A stretch of 47,652 nucleotides of DNA from Oxalobacteraceae bacterium UBA7693. Lineage in GTDB: Bacteria > Pseudomonadota > Gammaproteobacteria > Burkholderiales > Burkholderiaceae_D. Shown here piece by piece: positions 36,211 through 46,330 of this stretch. Both the position numbers and the translations under genes were made by a program. The notes below the pieces were generated by a model that did not search any database, was not told the origin of the DNA, and worked only from the letters and a program-made list of their open reading frames with translations. The stretch is taken from assembly GCA_002482715.1 (NCBI GenBank), contig DLGN01000398.1:52432-100083 (forward strand), in the 5' to 3' direction. Positions within the stretch are counted from its first letter, which is position 1; every line of letters begins with the position of its first letter.

Positions 36211-37368
36211 CTAAAAAGTGAAGTCATAAGAAACGGTTGCCAACTTGCGCGTATTGTCGGTACCGTTTAAGAAATCCCAACGACTACGATCAAGCTGGAA
36301 CTTGAGGAAACTACTATCCGACAATTGATAACGTAAAGTCACTCCGATGTTTCTATCGACCTCGATGGCTTTGCCAACGCCATCAAACGAGTTAAAACGA
36401 CTAATTGTTACCATTGGTAAAAAATTTCCAAGACGATATCCAGCTCCCATCAAATAGCCCGTGTAACTGCCACGTTGCGAAGACTGGTCAATTTTTGAAA
36501 ACTCTGTTCTGACGACCAAATCATCTTTATCGACATTCATCGATAAAGAGCTATAAGTTTGTGGAGAATATTTTCCATAAGTGATGTCTGGCGAAAACTG
36601 TACCAGACCTGTTGGCCCCATGCGCAGTCGTCTTTGCTTGGATTTATTTACCGATGCACGCACAGTGAACCAATCGCGATTCAATTCAAGATCGACACCA
36701 TACATATTGTCCCACTGCACATCGACGCGCGACGGGTCGCCTAATTTAGCAATCGCGACTTCTTTGGCATTTTCTTTACCAAAATAGGCACTCGATTTCA
36801 CTGCCCAGCCACCAATATCATCACGGAAAGTCAGATTCACACCGTTGTAATTCACCACCGGCCAACCATAGACATCGGGAGGTACGCGCGTCCAATTGTA
36901 GGCGTATGCCACGTCTTGAAAATCAGAGTAGAAGAAGAGTGGTAAACGTTTACGTCCGGCCTGCACCGTCCACTTTGGACTGAGGTTGTAACTCAAGAAA
37001 GCCAGCTCTACGCCAAGCTCAGCATCACCCGCAGCGTGACGCGCCATCAATTGGCCTGTGAAAGACAAATTGTCGGTAAAGGTCGCGGTTCCTTGTAATC
37101 CAAATCGCGATTCAGGTTTTAGTGACCAGCGTGATTCGTACACGCTGCCGTGAGAATAATCTGCGATATAACAAGGACACTTCCATTTATTATTATCGGG
37201 AAAGCCGACTTCCAAACCAGAGGCACTAAAGACCTTACCAGCGGTAATATTTCCAAATCCAGAGTACGTGAAATCGACGGCTTGACTGGTTCCCGCAACA
37301 CCAACCAAACTCAGAGCGAGCATTGCCCTATGCATGCTGATCATACTGACTGCTTTCAATCTACCCAT
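36211..37368 (-). CDS. Putative outer-membrane porin paired with the small PBP-like gene
   Basis: Signal peptide, 'SRFGLQG', 'GRKRLPLFFYSDFQDVAYAYNWTRVP', C-terminal aromatic YDFTF; GAGGAGG RBS. Confidence 0.8.
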   Translation of the reverse strand: MGRLKAVSMISMHRAMLALSLVGVAGTSQAVDFTYSGFGNITAGKVFSASGLEVGFPDNNKWKCPCYIADYSHGSVYESRWSLKPESRFGLQGTATFTDNLSFTGQLMARHAAGDAELGVELAFLSYNLSPKWTVQAGRKRLPLFFYSDFQDVAYAYNWTRVPPDVYGWPVVNYNGVNLTFRDDIGGWAVKSSAYFGKENAKEVAIAKLGDPSRVDVQWDNMYGVDLELNRDWFTVRASVNKSKQRRLRMGPTGLVQFSPDITYGKYSPQTYSSLSMNVDKDDLVVRTEFSKIDQSSQRGSYTGYLMGAGYRLGNFLPMVTISRFNSFDGVGKAIEVDRNIGVTLRYQLSDSSFLKFQLDRSRWDFLNGTDNTRKLATVSYDFTF

Positions 37369-37618
37369 TTTCCATCCTCCTCATGTGAGAACTGCAAAAT
37401 CTTGATACCTTGATCGCTGAATTGAATGCGTTCCAGTAGACTTATCTATGTACCGCGTGAAATTAGTATAGGCTCAAGTTCTGCGAGGTGAAATGCCGAC
37501 ACGCAAGTTTTTGTATGGCAAGATACAGAAAAGCAACGCTTCTGTTGTATTTGATATGCTTAACAATTCTTAACAATATTTAGTTTTTTTTTAATTTCCA
37601 TCTACGAAGGAAAAATCC

Positions 37619-37921
37619 ATGATTTTTTACGAAGTCAGCGTTTCCGTGCCAGCGCAAATGAGCCAGGCATTTGAAAGCTATATGCGAGACAAGCATATTC
37701 CCGAAATTTGGGCGACAAAATGTTTTGTGCAAATTCACCTTGCCAAAATGGAAGAGGATAACTACCGGACTTGCTATCAAGCGCAATCGCAAGCAGAGTA
37801 CGAACGCTATCTGAATGATTTTGCGAGCGCGATGCGCGCAGATTTTATGCAGCACTTTCCTGACGGTTGTCAGGTACAGCGACAAGTATGGAACGGCTTG
37901 CAAACTTGGCCAGCGGCTTAA
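37619..37921 (+). CDS. DUF4286-like small protein
   Basis: 'MIFYEVSV...FESYMRDKHIPEI..T.CF...YL...A.AMRADF..HF'. Confidence 0.7.
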   Translation: MIFYEVSVSVPAQMSQAFESYMRDKHIPEIWATKCFVQIHLAKMEEDNYRTCYQAQSQAEYERYLNDFASAMRADFMQHFPDGCQVQRQVWNGLQTWPAA

Positions 37922-37985
37922 TTTGCTTTAGCAAAAAAACCCGCACCGTCAATAAAGTATGTTGCTCGGGTGATCAGTAAATAAT

Positions 37986-40205
37986 TTAGATCTGCCAAGA
38001 AAATTTGGTAAATAATTCACTTTGCTTGCGCTTAGCTACGAAGCCCGGCGTGTCGGATTTTGTCACCGTCCAACCAAGGTAGATTGCGCTGCCGACGCCA
38101 GCACGATGGGTGTACACAAATGAACTGACACTACGACTGCTTTGCGGCGCAACCGCCTGCTGGTACGCTTTAGGGTCACGCTTGGTGCTGGCATCTTGCA
38201 ATATCATCCTAATTGTATCTTTAGCGCTCAGGTGCAATATGCTATTAATTTGTAAGGCGGTTTCTTTGTAGGTGCGTTCACTCGTTTGCCCACCTTGTAG
38301 ATGATCACGATCGATCCAATTCGTTGCAAAACTCGGTTCTAACTCAAGACGATCAATCGGTCGAAGTTTCGCACTCATCGAATACGAACCGCCGCGTCCT
38401 AAACGATTCGCCATGATGTCAATTACATCACCGATGGTAAAGTCAGTGGAGATTCTGGCGATGCGTTTCCCTGGACTTGCCGCCAAGCCACCCGCGATAC
38501 GGCCAATGGAAAATAATTCGCCGTCTTGATTTACCCGACTACGTACCGTCGGACTCAAATTTAAATACGCAGAACTATCAAATGGCCCGGCAATCCGAAC
38601 TCCTGGCGTCAAAATTTTTGACAGCACATTGCCTTCACTATCCACTTTGTATTCGGCGCTAATGTAGGTATTAAATTCATTCAACACACCAGTCCGACCA
38701 AATTTCTTGGTGACTTCAGAGTTGATACTGCGAAATCCAACTTGCGAGAAAAATCCATTGTCCGCACGAAAATCTTTACTGAAATCACGTACATTCACTG
38801 ACATACCCCAAGCGTCATTACCACGAGACCAATCAAAATACGCGGCATGACCATTGGTTGTATTCGCACGCGCCAGATTACCTTGTGCGTTCATCTGTGC
38901 ATTCGTCGTGCTCATCAACACTTGCGCACGCATTAATTGATTGCGGTCGATCTGCCAAACAAAGTCTGGGCCGGCGACGCGATTGTAGCCAACGCCTTGC
39001 GCATATTGCCTGTCCGTCAAAACCGCACCCAGTGAAAGTGAACCTAGACGGAAATTCGCCCGCGCGTCCGTCGCTGTTGACGCAACCTGACTAGTCGCAT
39101 AGCCGGTGAAATAAGTTTGTGGCACCAACACCAAGGCACCTGCTGTATCTCGGCTACTCAACACACTAAAGTCTTTGTCAGCATCACGTTGGGTGTAACG
39201 CAAACCGACATCCGGATTCGCGATAGTGCGCGTACTGATTGCATTTAAAGGCGTGCGGAAAATGTCAGCTCCTTCCAAAAAGAACGGTCGCTTTTCCTGT
39301 ACAAAAATACCGAAACGGGTATTGCCCGACAACTGGGGTGAATCTAATTCAATTTGTGAGAAATCAGGATTCAAAGTCGCATCAATGGTGATTGCGGATG
39401 TTGGTCGCAATTTAAAATCTAAACTGACATCTTTTGATGAACTAACCACCCTAGCTTTACCATCGATCTGATCTTGCGCACGGCGCGCCACTAATTGCGG
39501 CGTGACGTTCCAACTCATACCAGATGGCAAATGTTTCATTCCCTCGATGGTGTTTGAAAAACACAAATTACAATTGGTCGCACGTGTCACAGCACCGCTA
39601 TACATGCGATAACGCTGGTCGCGTGTCATATTACGTAAGACTAATAAACTCCACGGTGTCGTTGAATGCTTATCATAAGCAATCGAGGAAAAAGGAATTT
39701 TGAATTCTGCACTCCAACCGCCATCAATACGCGCCGGGCTCGCGGAATATTCATAATCTGGTGCAGTATCATCACCCGAGGTATCGCTATAAATACCATC
39801 CATCAAAGCACCGCGTGCATTGACATAGAATACTTGCGCCGCCTTATGTCCACTGCTGGGGTCGATATACAGTGCAAAAAAATCCTGATCGATACTGATC
39901 TTATCTCGGCGTGCAAAAGAGTCGCGGATCTGATTTGGATCATTGTCAAAGCCTGTCACGCCCACGTACAAGAAACGATCGTCATACATCACTCGCACTT
40001 CCGTACGCAAATGTGCCGCAACATTATCAAATGGTTGCGTCTGGAAGAAATTGGTATGCGGAGTAACGGACTTCCACACAGCTTCATCAAGTTTGCCGTC
40101 CAATTTCACGACTTCATTTTTCTGCAATTGATGTGCCTGAAAGCCGGCATGCGCCGCAGTCGAGAACATCATGGCACTGAAACACAATACGGAGAAAAAT
40201 TTCAT
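37986..40205 (-). CDS. CBM9-like plus DUF5916 outer-membrane protein
   Basis: Signal peptide; 'KLDGKLDEAVW', 'TEVRVMYDDRFLYVG', 'GWSAEFKIPFSSI', 'DATLNPDFSQIELD', 'EKRPFFLEG'; C-terminal FTKFSWQI. Confidence 0.82.
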   Translation of the reverse strand: MKFFSVLCFSAMMFSTAAHAGFQAHQLQKNEVVKLDGKLDEAVWKSVTPHTNFFQTQPFDNVAAHLRTEVRVMYDDRFLYVGVTGFDNDPNQIRDSFARRDKISIDQDFFALYIDPSSGHKAAQVFYVNARGALMDGIYSDTSGDDTAPDYEYSASPARIDGGWSAEFKIPFSSIAYDKHSTTPWSLLVLRNMTRDQRYRMYSGAVTRATNCNLCFSNTIEGMKHLPSGMSWNVTPQLVARRAQDQIDGKARVVSSSKDVSLDFKLRPTSAITIDATLNPDFSQIELDSPQLSGNTRFGIFVQEKRPFFLEGADIFRTPLNAISTRTIANPDVGLRYTQRDADKDFSVLSSRDTAGALVLVPQTYFTGYATSQVASTATDARANFRLGSLSLGAVLTDRQYAQGVGYNRVAGPDFVWQIDRNQLMRAQVLMSTTNAQMNAQGNLARANTTNGHAAYFDWSRGNDAWGMSVNVRDFSKDFRADNGFFSQVGFRSINSEVTKKFGRTGVLNEFNTYISAEYKVDSEGNVLSKILTPGVRIAGPFDSSAYLNLSPTVRSRVNQDGELFSIGRIAGGLAASPGKRIARISTDFTIGDVIDIMANRLGRGGSYSMSAKLRPIDRLELEPSFATNWIDRDHLQGGQTSERTYKETALQINSILHLSAKDTIRMILQDASTKRDPKAYQQAVAPQSSRSVSSFVYTHRAGVGSAIYLGWTVTKSDTPGFVAKRKQSELFTKFSWQI

Positions 40206-40289
40206 AGTCGATCTGGTTAGGGCACTAAAGGCAAATGAAAGGCAGGAAAAGTAAGGCGCTGCTTAGAAGGAAGGATTATCAAATAGTTC

Positions 40290-40322
40290 AAAAAAAAAAG
40301 ACTGCCGAAGCAGTCTTTTTTT
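40290..40322 (-). terminator. Intrinsic terminator of the major porin gene
   Basis: Minus strand reads AAAAAAAGACTGC-TTCG-GCAGTC-T10 (cUUCGg tetraloop plus long U-tract). Confidence 0.9.
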
Positions 40323-40340
40323 CAGACTAAATCCAGAGGG

Positions 40341-41405
40341 TTAGAATGAGTGCAATACACCAACTGTTGTACGCGTTGCTGTCTTGTTACCTGCGCCGAT
40401 GAACAAGCCCAATTCTTGGTCTTTAGCTGCTTTAGAGTCAGCTTTAGCATAAGAGAAAGAACCGTAGAATGCTGTACGCTTGCTCAAAGCGTATTTAGCA
40501 ACGCCAACGAATTGATCTGCTTCGCCTTTTACATCGCCAGAGCGACGGTTAGCGTAGTAAGCAGCTGTCAATGTTGTTTGTGGAGAAACCATGTAATCAA
40601 AACCTGCACCAAACACACTGATAGTACGGCCAGTTGTGTTCAATTCGTTTTCTGCGTAAGTAACTTTTACAGTCCAGTCAGAATTCACAACAAACTTCGC
40701 ACCACCTGTGTATGAACGAATTGTTGAGCTGTTAGTTGCGTCTTTCAACTGAGCGTAAGAGAACACAGCTGTCAAACCATTTTGGCTGAAACCAGCAGAT
40801 GCACCAGCGTAGCTGCTTGCAGATGCGTCACCAGCTTTTTCACCGAAGCCATACATTGCGCCGAAATTGATGCCGCCCAATACGGATGGGAATGCATATT
40901 TCACAGAATTGTTTTGACGTGTTGGGGAAGAAGCACCAACGCTAGTACCGTGAGTACCGAACAAACCAACATTGTTCAACGCGCCCAAAGCGATATTTGG
41001 GTTAGTACCAACGTGTGCAACGTTCAATGGATCAACTTGGATCAAAGTGTCGTATGCCAAGTTTGTTTGACGACCAACATTGACTGTACCGAAGCTGCCA
41101 GACAAGCCAACAGATGCGTTACGGTCGAACAAGTTACCGGCTGTACCAGTATCAACGTTCAAAGAGCTTTCCAATTGGAAATTTGCTTTCAAGCCGTTGC
41201 CCAAATCTTCAGTGCCTTTCAGGCCCCAACGTGAAGAAGACAAATTGCTCGCGTCCAAAGAAAACTTCTTGCCACCAGCGACTGTCTGGTTAGACATGTG
41301 GGATGTAGATGCATCGATTACACCGTACAACACAACAGAAGATTGTGCAGAAGCAGCAGATGCAAATGCACCAAATACTGCGAAAGCGATAAGTGATTTT
41401 TTCAT
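40341..41405 (-). CDS. Betaproteobacterial trimeric general porin
   Basis: MKKSLIA signal after GGAGA RBS; 'QSSVVLYGVID', 'SRWGLKGTEDLGNGLKANFQLE', 'YALSKRT', C-terminal 'GVLHSF'. Confidence 0.95.
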   Translation of the reverse strand: MKKSLIAFAVFGAFASAASAQSSVVLYGVIDASTSHMSNQTVAGGKKFSLDASNLSSSRWGLKGTEDLGNGLKANFQLESSLNVDTGTAGNLFDRNASVGLSGSFGTVNVGRQTNLAYDTLIQVDPLNVAHVGTNPNIALGALNNVGLFGTHGTSVGASSPTRQNNSVKYAFPSVLGGINFGAMYGFGEKAGDASASSYAGASAGFSQNGLTAVFSYAQLKDATNSSTIRSYTGGAKFVVNSDWTVKVTYAENELNTTGRTISVFGAGFDYMVSPQTTLTAAYYANRRSGDVKGEADQFVGVAKYALSKRTAFYGSFSYAKADSKAAKDQELGLFIGAGNKTATRTTVGVLHSF

Positions 41406-41771
41406 TGAAAAATTCTCCAAAGGTTAATAAATTTTTTCGGATCAATAATTATTACTAAGTATCGACCAAAAATTGGGTCTCTTATAAGCACCTTATTATA
41501 AAAATAGGGCGATTTTTGCCTCGTATGCTAAGTGGCATTGGAACAAATTGCACTGTTTTGGGCAAAGAGAATTGCGCTATTATAGAACATATTCAAATTT
41601 TATGTGGCATTGCAACAACAAAGCACCAAAAACGCTCAAAAAACCTGTCACCAGTATAATTTTTCTGTTAACGCACTGCCTTGTCTTAACGCAAGTTTTT
41701 GCGCTTAATTTTGCGGCGGTTTAAGGTAATCCAATTACAATCCGATTTTCTAGTCTTCCTCATCGAGCCTC

Positions 41772-42404
41772 ATGTTCACCAAAACTACCGATCATTTATT
41801 GATTAATTTCGACCGTGCCTTACGCGTGATATCTGGACAAGCGCGCGCTTCACGTCGCAACCCTGGAGATATTTGTGCAGAGCGTGAATTATCGGATATC
41901 GAGAAAAAGCATAGCGCGGGTTTAATGCGGGTGAATCATGTCGGTGAAATCTGCGCGCAGGCTTTGTATGATTCACAAGCGGTGTTCTCTAAGTCTGAAG
42001 AGGTGAAGCGACAGTTTGCCCGCTCAAGTATTGAAGAAGAAGATCACTTGGCCTGGACCGCTGAGCGCTTAAAGCAGCTCAATTCCCACACCAGTGTACT
42101 CAACCCCCTCTGGTATGTCGGAGCCTATGCCTGTGGGCTGATTGCAGGCCGCTGTGGCGATGCCATAAGTCTCGGCTTTGTGGTGGAAACTGAAAAGCAG
42201 GTCGAAGCCCATCTCGCTAGTCATCTGAATGAGTTGCCAGCGCAAGACGAAAAATCACGGGCGATTGTTGAACAAATGCGCGTCGATGAAATTGCCCATG
42301 GTGCAGCCGCTGGAGAACTCGGTGCGACAGATTTACCGGCGCCCGTCAAAGTATTGATGCAAGCAATGGCAAAAGTGATGACAACCACAGCTTATCGTAT
42401 CTAA
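41772..42404 (+). CDS. coq7: Demethoxyubiquinone hydroxylase (di-iron Coq7)
   Basis: 'AGLMRVNHVGEICAQALY', 'EEEDHLAW', 'ETEKQVEAHL', 'QMRVDEIAH'. Confidence 0.95.
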   Translation: MFTKTTDHLLINFDRALRVISGQARASRRNPGDICAERELSDIEKKHSAGLMRVNHVGEICAQALYDSQAVFSKSEEVKRQFARSSIEEEDHLAWTAERLKQLNSHTSVLNPLWYVGAYACGLIAGRCGDAISLGFVVETEKQVEAHLASHLNELPAQDEKSRAIVEQMRVDEIAHGAAAGELGATDLPAPVKVLMQAMAKVMTTTAYRI

Positions 42405-42412
42405 TGTCATTG

Positions 42413-42442
42413 ATGAAATCTGCAAACCACTGCAGATTTCAT
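42413..42442. terminator. Hairpin between convergent coq7 and uvrD
   Basis: ATGAAATCTGCA-aaccac-TGCAGATTTCAT. Confidence 0.65.
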
Positions 42443-42468
42443 GACATACGACTCAAGATTAAAGAATC

Positions 42469-42599
42469 GAGACCTCTGCACAACCATAGCGAGCGGTCGA
42501 AATTTGGATTGAGAAGCGCACCTGTGCTAGGGCACAGCGACGTATTGGCAAAATCGCAGATTCAAAATTCAATCGCGCAGTAGCTTGTGCTGAAGTCTC
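42469..42599. mobile_element. 131-bp MITE, copy 2
   Basis: Colinear with copy 1 (11 substitutions in 131 bp by manual alignment); ends GAGACCTCTGCACAA...TTGTGCTGAAGTCTC; flanked by direct repeat GAATC (42464-42468 and 42600-42604). Confidence 0.9.
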
Positions 42600-42602
42600 G
42601 AA

Positions 42603-44879
42603 TCAACATTTCTCTAACTTCGCAATACTCAAGTCGAGTAATTTCATCCCAAATTTACCAAAGTTAATGTGGGCGCGTGCGTTGCTGCCACCACCTTCGA
42701 TATTCACGATCACACCTTCACCAAACTTCGCATGGGCGACGTTTTCGCCGATGCGCCAGCCATTTGTGACCTGATGTTTCGTTAGATTTTGCGCGATTGC
42801 ATTGGCGCCTGATTCGGGTGCATCATCCCATGCAGATTTCGGGCGTGCAAACCAACTCGGCTGTATCTTCGGAGATAACCACTTGAGCGACTCTTCTGGC
42901 ATTTCATCGAAAAAGCGTGAACGCATGTTGTAACGTGTTTGTCCGTGCAACATACGCGTTTGCGAGAAGGTCATGTACAAACGTTGACGGGCACGTGTGA
43001 TCGCCACATACATCAAGCGCCGCTCTTCTTCCACACCCGATTCTTCTTGACTACTATTTTCATGCGGGAATAAGCCCTCCTCCAAACCGCCGATGAAGAC
43101 CGCATCAAACTCCAAGCCTTTGGCCGCATGCACGGTCATCAATTGCAAAGCATCTTGTCCCACTTGCGCTTGATTGTCACCCGCTTCTAGCGAGGCATGC
43201 GAGAGGAAAGCGGACAGCGGTGACATCACTGTTGGCAAGGCCGCATCGGCATCGATAATCTCTATGCCTTGATCGTTCGCAATCAAGTTGCTCGCAGGTC
43301 TGGAAGCCGGCCCGACCAAAGCTGGCGCATCATGTCCGAAGCCTTCTTCAGATACAAACAGCGTTGCCGCATTTACCAATTGCTCCAAGTTTTCTATGCG
43401 ATCTGCACCTTCTTTTTCGGTCTGATAATGGGTCAGCAAAGTGCTCAGATCGAGCACCACTTGTACCATTTCCGGCAGCGGTAAATTCTGCGTTTCAAAG
43501 CGTGCGCCTTCGATTAGTTTTACAAAACCACCCAACGAAGAACCCGCTTTACCCGACACATAGGGAACCGCTGCATACAAAGAAATATTGTATTGTTTTG
43601 CCGCATCTTGTAATTGCTCTATCGAGCGCGCACCAATACCACGCGTCGGGAAATTCACCACACGCATAAATGCCGAATCGTTGTGCGGATTGTCCATCAA
43701 CTGCAAATAGGCGATCGCATGTTTGACTTCGGCACGATCAAAGTAACGCTGACCACCATATACGCGATATGGCACATTTGCCGAAAATAGCGCATGTTCA
43801 ATCACCCGTGATTGCGCATTCGAACGATACAAAATCGCAATTTGGCTACGTTCAAAACCGTCACGAATCAGATTTTTTGCTTCTTCGGTAATCCATTGCG
43901 CTTCTTGAATATCGCTGCTGGCTTCAAAGATTCTGACCAACTCACCATGTCCGGCATCGGTGCGCAAATTTTTGCCCAAGCGTTTACTATTGTGTTCAAT
44001 CAGTGCATTCGCGGTATCCAGAATATGTCCATGGGAACGATAATTTTGTTCCAGCTTGATCAGATTCTCGACGCGAAATTCTTTTTCAAACGCAGCCATA
44101 TTGCCGACATTTGCGCCGCGAAACGCATAAATACTTTGGTCATCATCCCCCACGGCAAACACTGCGCCATGCGTGCCCGCCATCAGTTTTAACCACTTGT
44201 ATTGCAAATCATTGGTGTCTTGAAACTCATCGACCAAGATATGTTTGAAGCGGGACTGATAATGTTCACGCAAGGGTTGATTGCGGCTCAGTAATTCGTA
44301 GGTGCGTAATAAAAGTTCCGCAAAATCTACGACACCTTCACGTTGGCATTGCAGGTCATAGAGATCATACAAAGCCACCATCTTGCGATTGAAATCATCA
44401 TAGGCATCGACTGCGGCTGCGCGCAAACCCTGATCTTTCGCGCTATTGATGAAGTACATCAAAGTCTTAGGCGGATACTTTTCATCGTCAATATTATTCG
44501 CCTTTAACAAACGCTTAATAAAGGAAAGCTGATCGCCGGAATCTAAAATTTGAAAGGTTTGTGGCAGACCTGCATCGCGATGATGCGCGCGTAATAAACG
44601 ATTACATAAACCGTGAAAAGTCCCTATCCACATGCCGCGTGTATTGATCGGCAGCATTGCTGACAAACGCGTCAACATTTCTTTGGCAGACTTATTGGTA
44701 AAAGTCACCGCTAGCACGCCATTCGGCGAGATTTGTCCGGTTTGAATCAACCAGGCAATGCGGGTTGTTAATACACGGGTTTTACCGGAGCCCGCACCTG
44801 CCAAAATTAAGGCAGATTGCGCAGGTAAGGTGACGGCAGCGAGCTGCTCAGGATTGAGGTTATGTAAGAGATTTTGCAT
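42603..44879 (-). CDS. uvrD: DNA helicase II (UvrD)
   Basis: 'LAGAGSGKTRVL', 'VDEFQDTN', 'VGDDDQSIY', 'LEQNYRS', 'MTVHAAKGLEF', 'EEERRLMYVAITRA', C-terminal Tudor-like 'HAKFGEG'. Confidence 0.96.
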   Translation of the reverse strand: MQNLLHNLNPEQLAAVTLPAQSALILAGAGSGKTRVLTTRIAWLIQTGQISPNGVLAVTFTNKSAKEMLTRLSAMLPINTRGMWIGTFHGLCNRLLRAHHRDAGLPQTFQILDSGDQLSFIKRLLKANNIDDEKYPPKTLMYFINSAKDQGLRAAAVDAYDDFNRKMVALYDLYDLQCQREGVVDFAELLLRTYELLSRNQPLREHYQSRFKHILVDEFQDTNDLQYKWLKLMAGTHGAVFAVGDDDQSIYAFRGANVGNMAAFEKEFRVENLIKLEQNYRSHGHILDTANALIEHNSKRLGKNLRTDAGHGELVRIFEASSDIQEAQWITEEAKNLIRDGFERSQIAILYRSNAQSRVIEHALFSANVPYRVYGGQRYFDRAEVKHAIAYLQLMDNPHNDSAFMRVVNFPTRGIGARSIEQLQDAAKQYNISLYAAVPYVSGKAGSSLGGFVKLIEGARFETQNLPLPEMVQVVLDLSTLLTHYQTEKEGADRIENLEQLVNAATLFVSEEGFGHDAPALVGPASRPASNLIANDQGIEIIDADAALPTVMSPLSAFLSHASLEAGDNQAQVGQDALQLMTVHAAKGLEFDAVFIGGLEEGLFPHENSSQEESGVEEERRLMYVAITRARQRLYMTFSQTRMLHGQTRYNMRSRFFDEMPEESLKWLSPKIQPSWFARPKSAWDDAPESGANAIAQNLTKHQVTNGWRIGENVAHAKFGEGVIVNIEGGGSNARAHINFGKFGMKLLDLSIAKLEKC

Positions 44880-44940
44880 CCCGATATTATACGGGAGTGC
44901 CTAGGTGGAAAATCGCGATCCAACAAAAAAGACTGATTTT

Positions 44941-45459
44941 TTATACAGTCTGTCCATTCTGTATTTTTTTTGCTTCGTCGTAAGTTCTGAGCCAAGTCAG
45001 TTGCAAAACCCTTGCGTCACTGCTGGCGCGATGTCTGGCAACGCGTAGTTCTTTGACGACTTGTTCTTTGGTGGCATTCCAATTCGGCAATTGATCATCG
45101 TCGATAATTTCATACAAATCGACTAGCTTAAATTTAGGAACAATCTGCGCAGATTCAAATAAACAGGCTAACCATACATAATCTTGACCCCAGCCATCGG
45201 TATACACCGTGCGGCCACCGAGAAAAAAGTTCAGCTGTTCAGCCACAAATTGCGCTGTATTGCCACGCTCAATCAACACTTCGCGTGGAATACCATGTAC
45301 GCGAGCGGCATCCAGATCCCAGTGTATCCATTCAAATTCTGGACGAATCAATGAACACCAACCTTCGCCATGACGCCCTGAAAACCCAATCTCAATAGGA
45401 TAACTACCCTGTCCGAAACCAGAGGCTTCAATATCTAGAATGATGGGCACAGTCATCAT
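44941..45459 (-). CDS. Small DEDDh-like 3'-5' exonuclease domain protein
   Basis: ExoI 'ILDIEASG', ExoII-like 'TDGWGQDYVW', ExoIII 'RHRASSDA'; AGGAG RBS before ATG 45459. Confidence 0.7.
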   Translation of the reverse strand: MMTVPIILDIEASGFGQGSYPIEIGFSGRHGEGWCSLIRPEFEWIHWDLDAARVHGIPREVLIERGNTAQFVAEQLNFFLGGRTVYTDGWGQDYVWLACLFESAQIVPKFKLVDLYEIIDDDQLPNWNATKEQVVKELRVARHRASSDARVLQLTWLRTYDEAKKIQNGQTV

Positions 45460-45635
45460 AGCCAACTCCTGTATTGGGGATCGCACGCGAATTCAATTCG
45501 ATGCAATAGAGAAATTCCATTGTGCCTTAAAATTTCGGACAAACAAGAATTTACCGTCGAGTTTCAAGCAGATGACGAGGCTGACGTGGTTTTTAGTTCA
45601 CGTCTGATTGTGTTATTGGCAGTGTAAATCCAGCC

Positions 45636-46097
45636 TTATGGAAGAAAACGCGCACCGTGCTCGCGTTGACGTCGTAAGGTCTTGGTCGCGACAAAAATCT
45701 CACGTAAGAAATAGATAAAACTACCAATCAATGCTAGTACGCCGCTGACGAACAAAGCCGCAACAACTTTATCCAAATGCAAATCGAGTGCATCACCCAA
45801 AAATAGTGCCGCGATGACCAAACAAATCAGTAAGGCGCAGGTTGAACTCAGGGTAATCGCGCGATTAATCAAATGCGAACGCTGATACAACTCGTCTAAT
45901 TCGATACGCATATTCGGGCTTAAACCTTCTGCGCCTTGCATGCTCACGATCTCTTCTAACGCTCTGGAACGATCAATAATTCGCGCCAGGCGATTTGTCA
46001 GCACTGTCAGATTGGTACCAACGCCCGTCAGCAAAAATACGGGGGCAATCGCCAATTGAATAATTTGTCCAATATTTCCAAGATGTAAATTGATCAC
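45636..46097 (-). CDS. DUF2721 family membrane protein
   Basis: 'IQLAIAPVFLLTGVG..L.VLTNRLARIIDRSR', three TM segments, 'FLREI'. Confidence 0.82.
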   Translation of the reverse strand: MINLHLGNIGQIIQLAIAPVFLLTGVGTNLTVLTNRLARIIDRSRALEEIVSMQGAEGLSPNMRIELDELYQRSHLINRAITLSSTCALLICLVIAALFLGDALDLHLDKVVAALFVSGVLALIGSFIYFLREIFVATKTLRRQREHGARFLP

Positions 46098-46330
46098 AGT
46101 ACGTCTCTGTTTATGTGCTGGTAAAGGTAGTTTCTATTCTAGCAGGCATATGCAAAGACGACAGCAAAAGCCTCGTCAAACTTGGCGACTTTGGGATGCA
46201 AGTCACGGCAGAAAAATAGCGCCTCGTCGCAAAGCGGTAGAAACAAACAAGGTCGTCAAGGCAAAGTAGCTACATTCAGTAGCGAAATCCATTCGCCAAA
46301 TAAATCAAAATAACTGGGAAAATAACAATC

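Noticed and set aside
39666-41427. Several plus-strand ORFs of 115-184 aa
   Set aside because: Antisense shadows of the DUF5916 and porin genes with no recognisable motifs.
43230-43345. Extra ~35-aa segment in UvrD as a possible intein or insertion element
   Set aside because: Far too short, no intein terminal residues; looks like a variable loop.
46170-46260. Repeated (GCC)TCGTC motifs upstream of the DUF6622-like gene as LytTR sites
   Set aside because: Spacing is irregular (about 51 and 30 bp) and no LytTR gene is in the window; not supportable.
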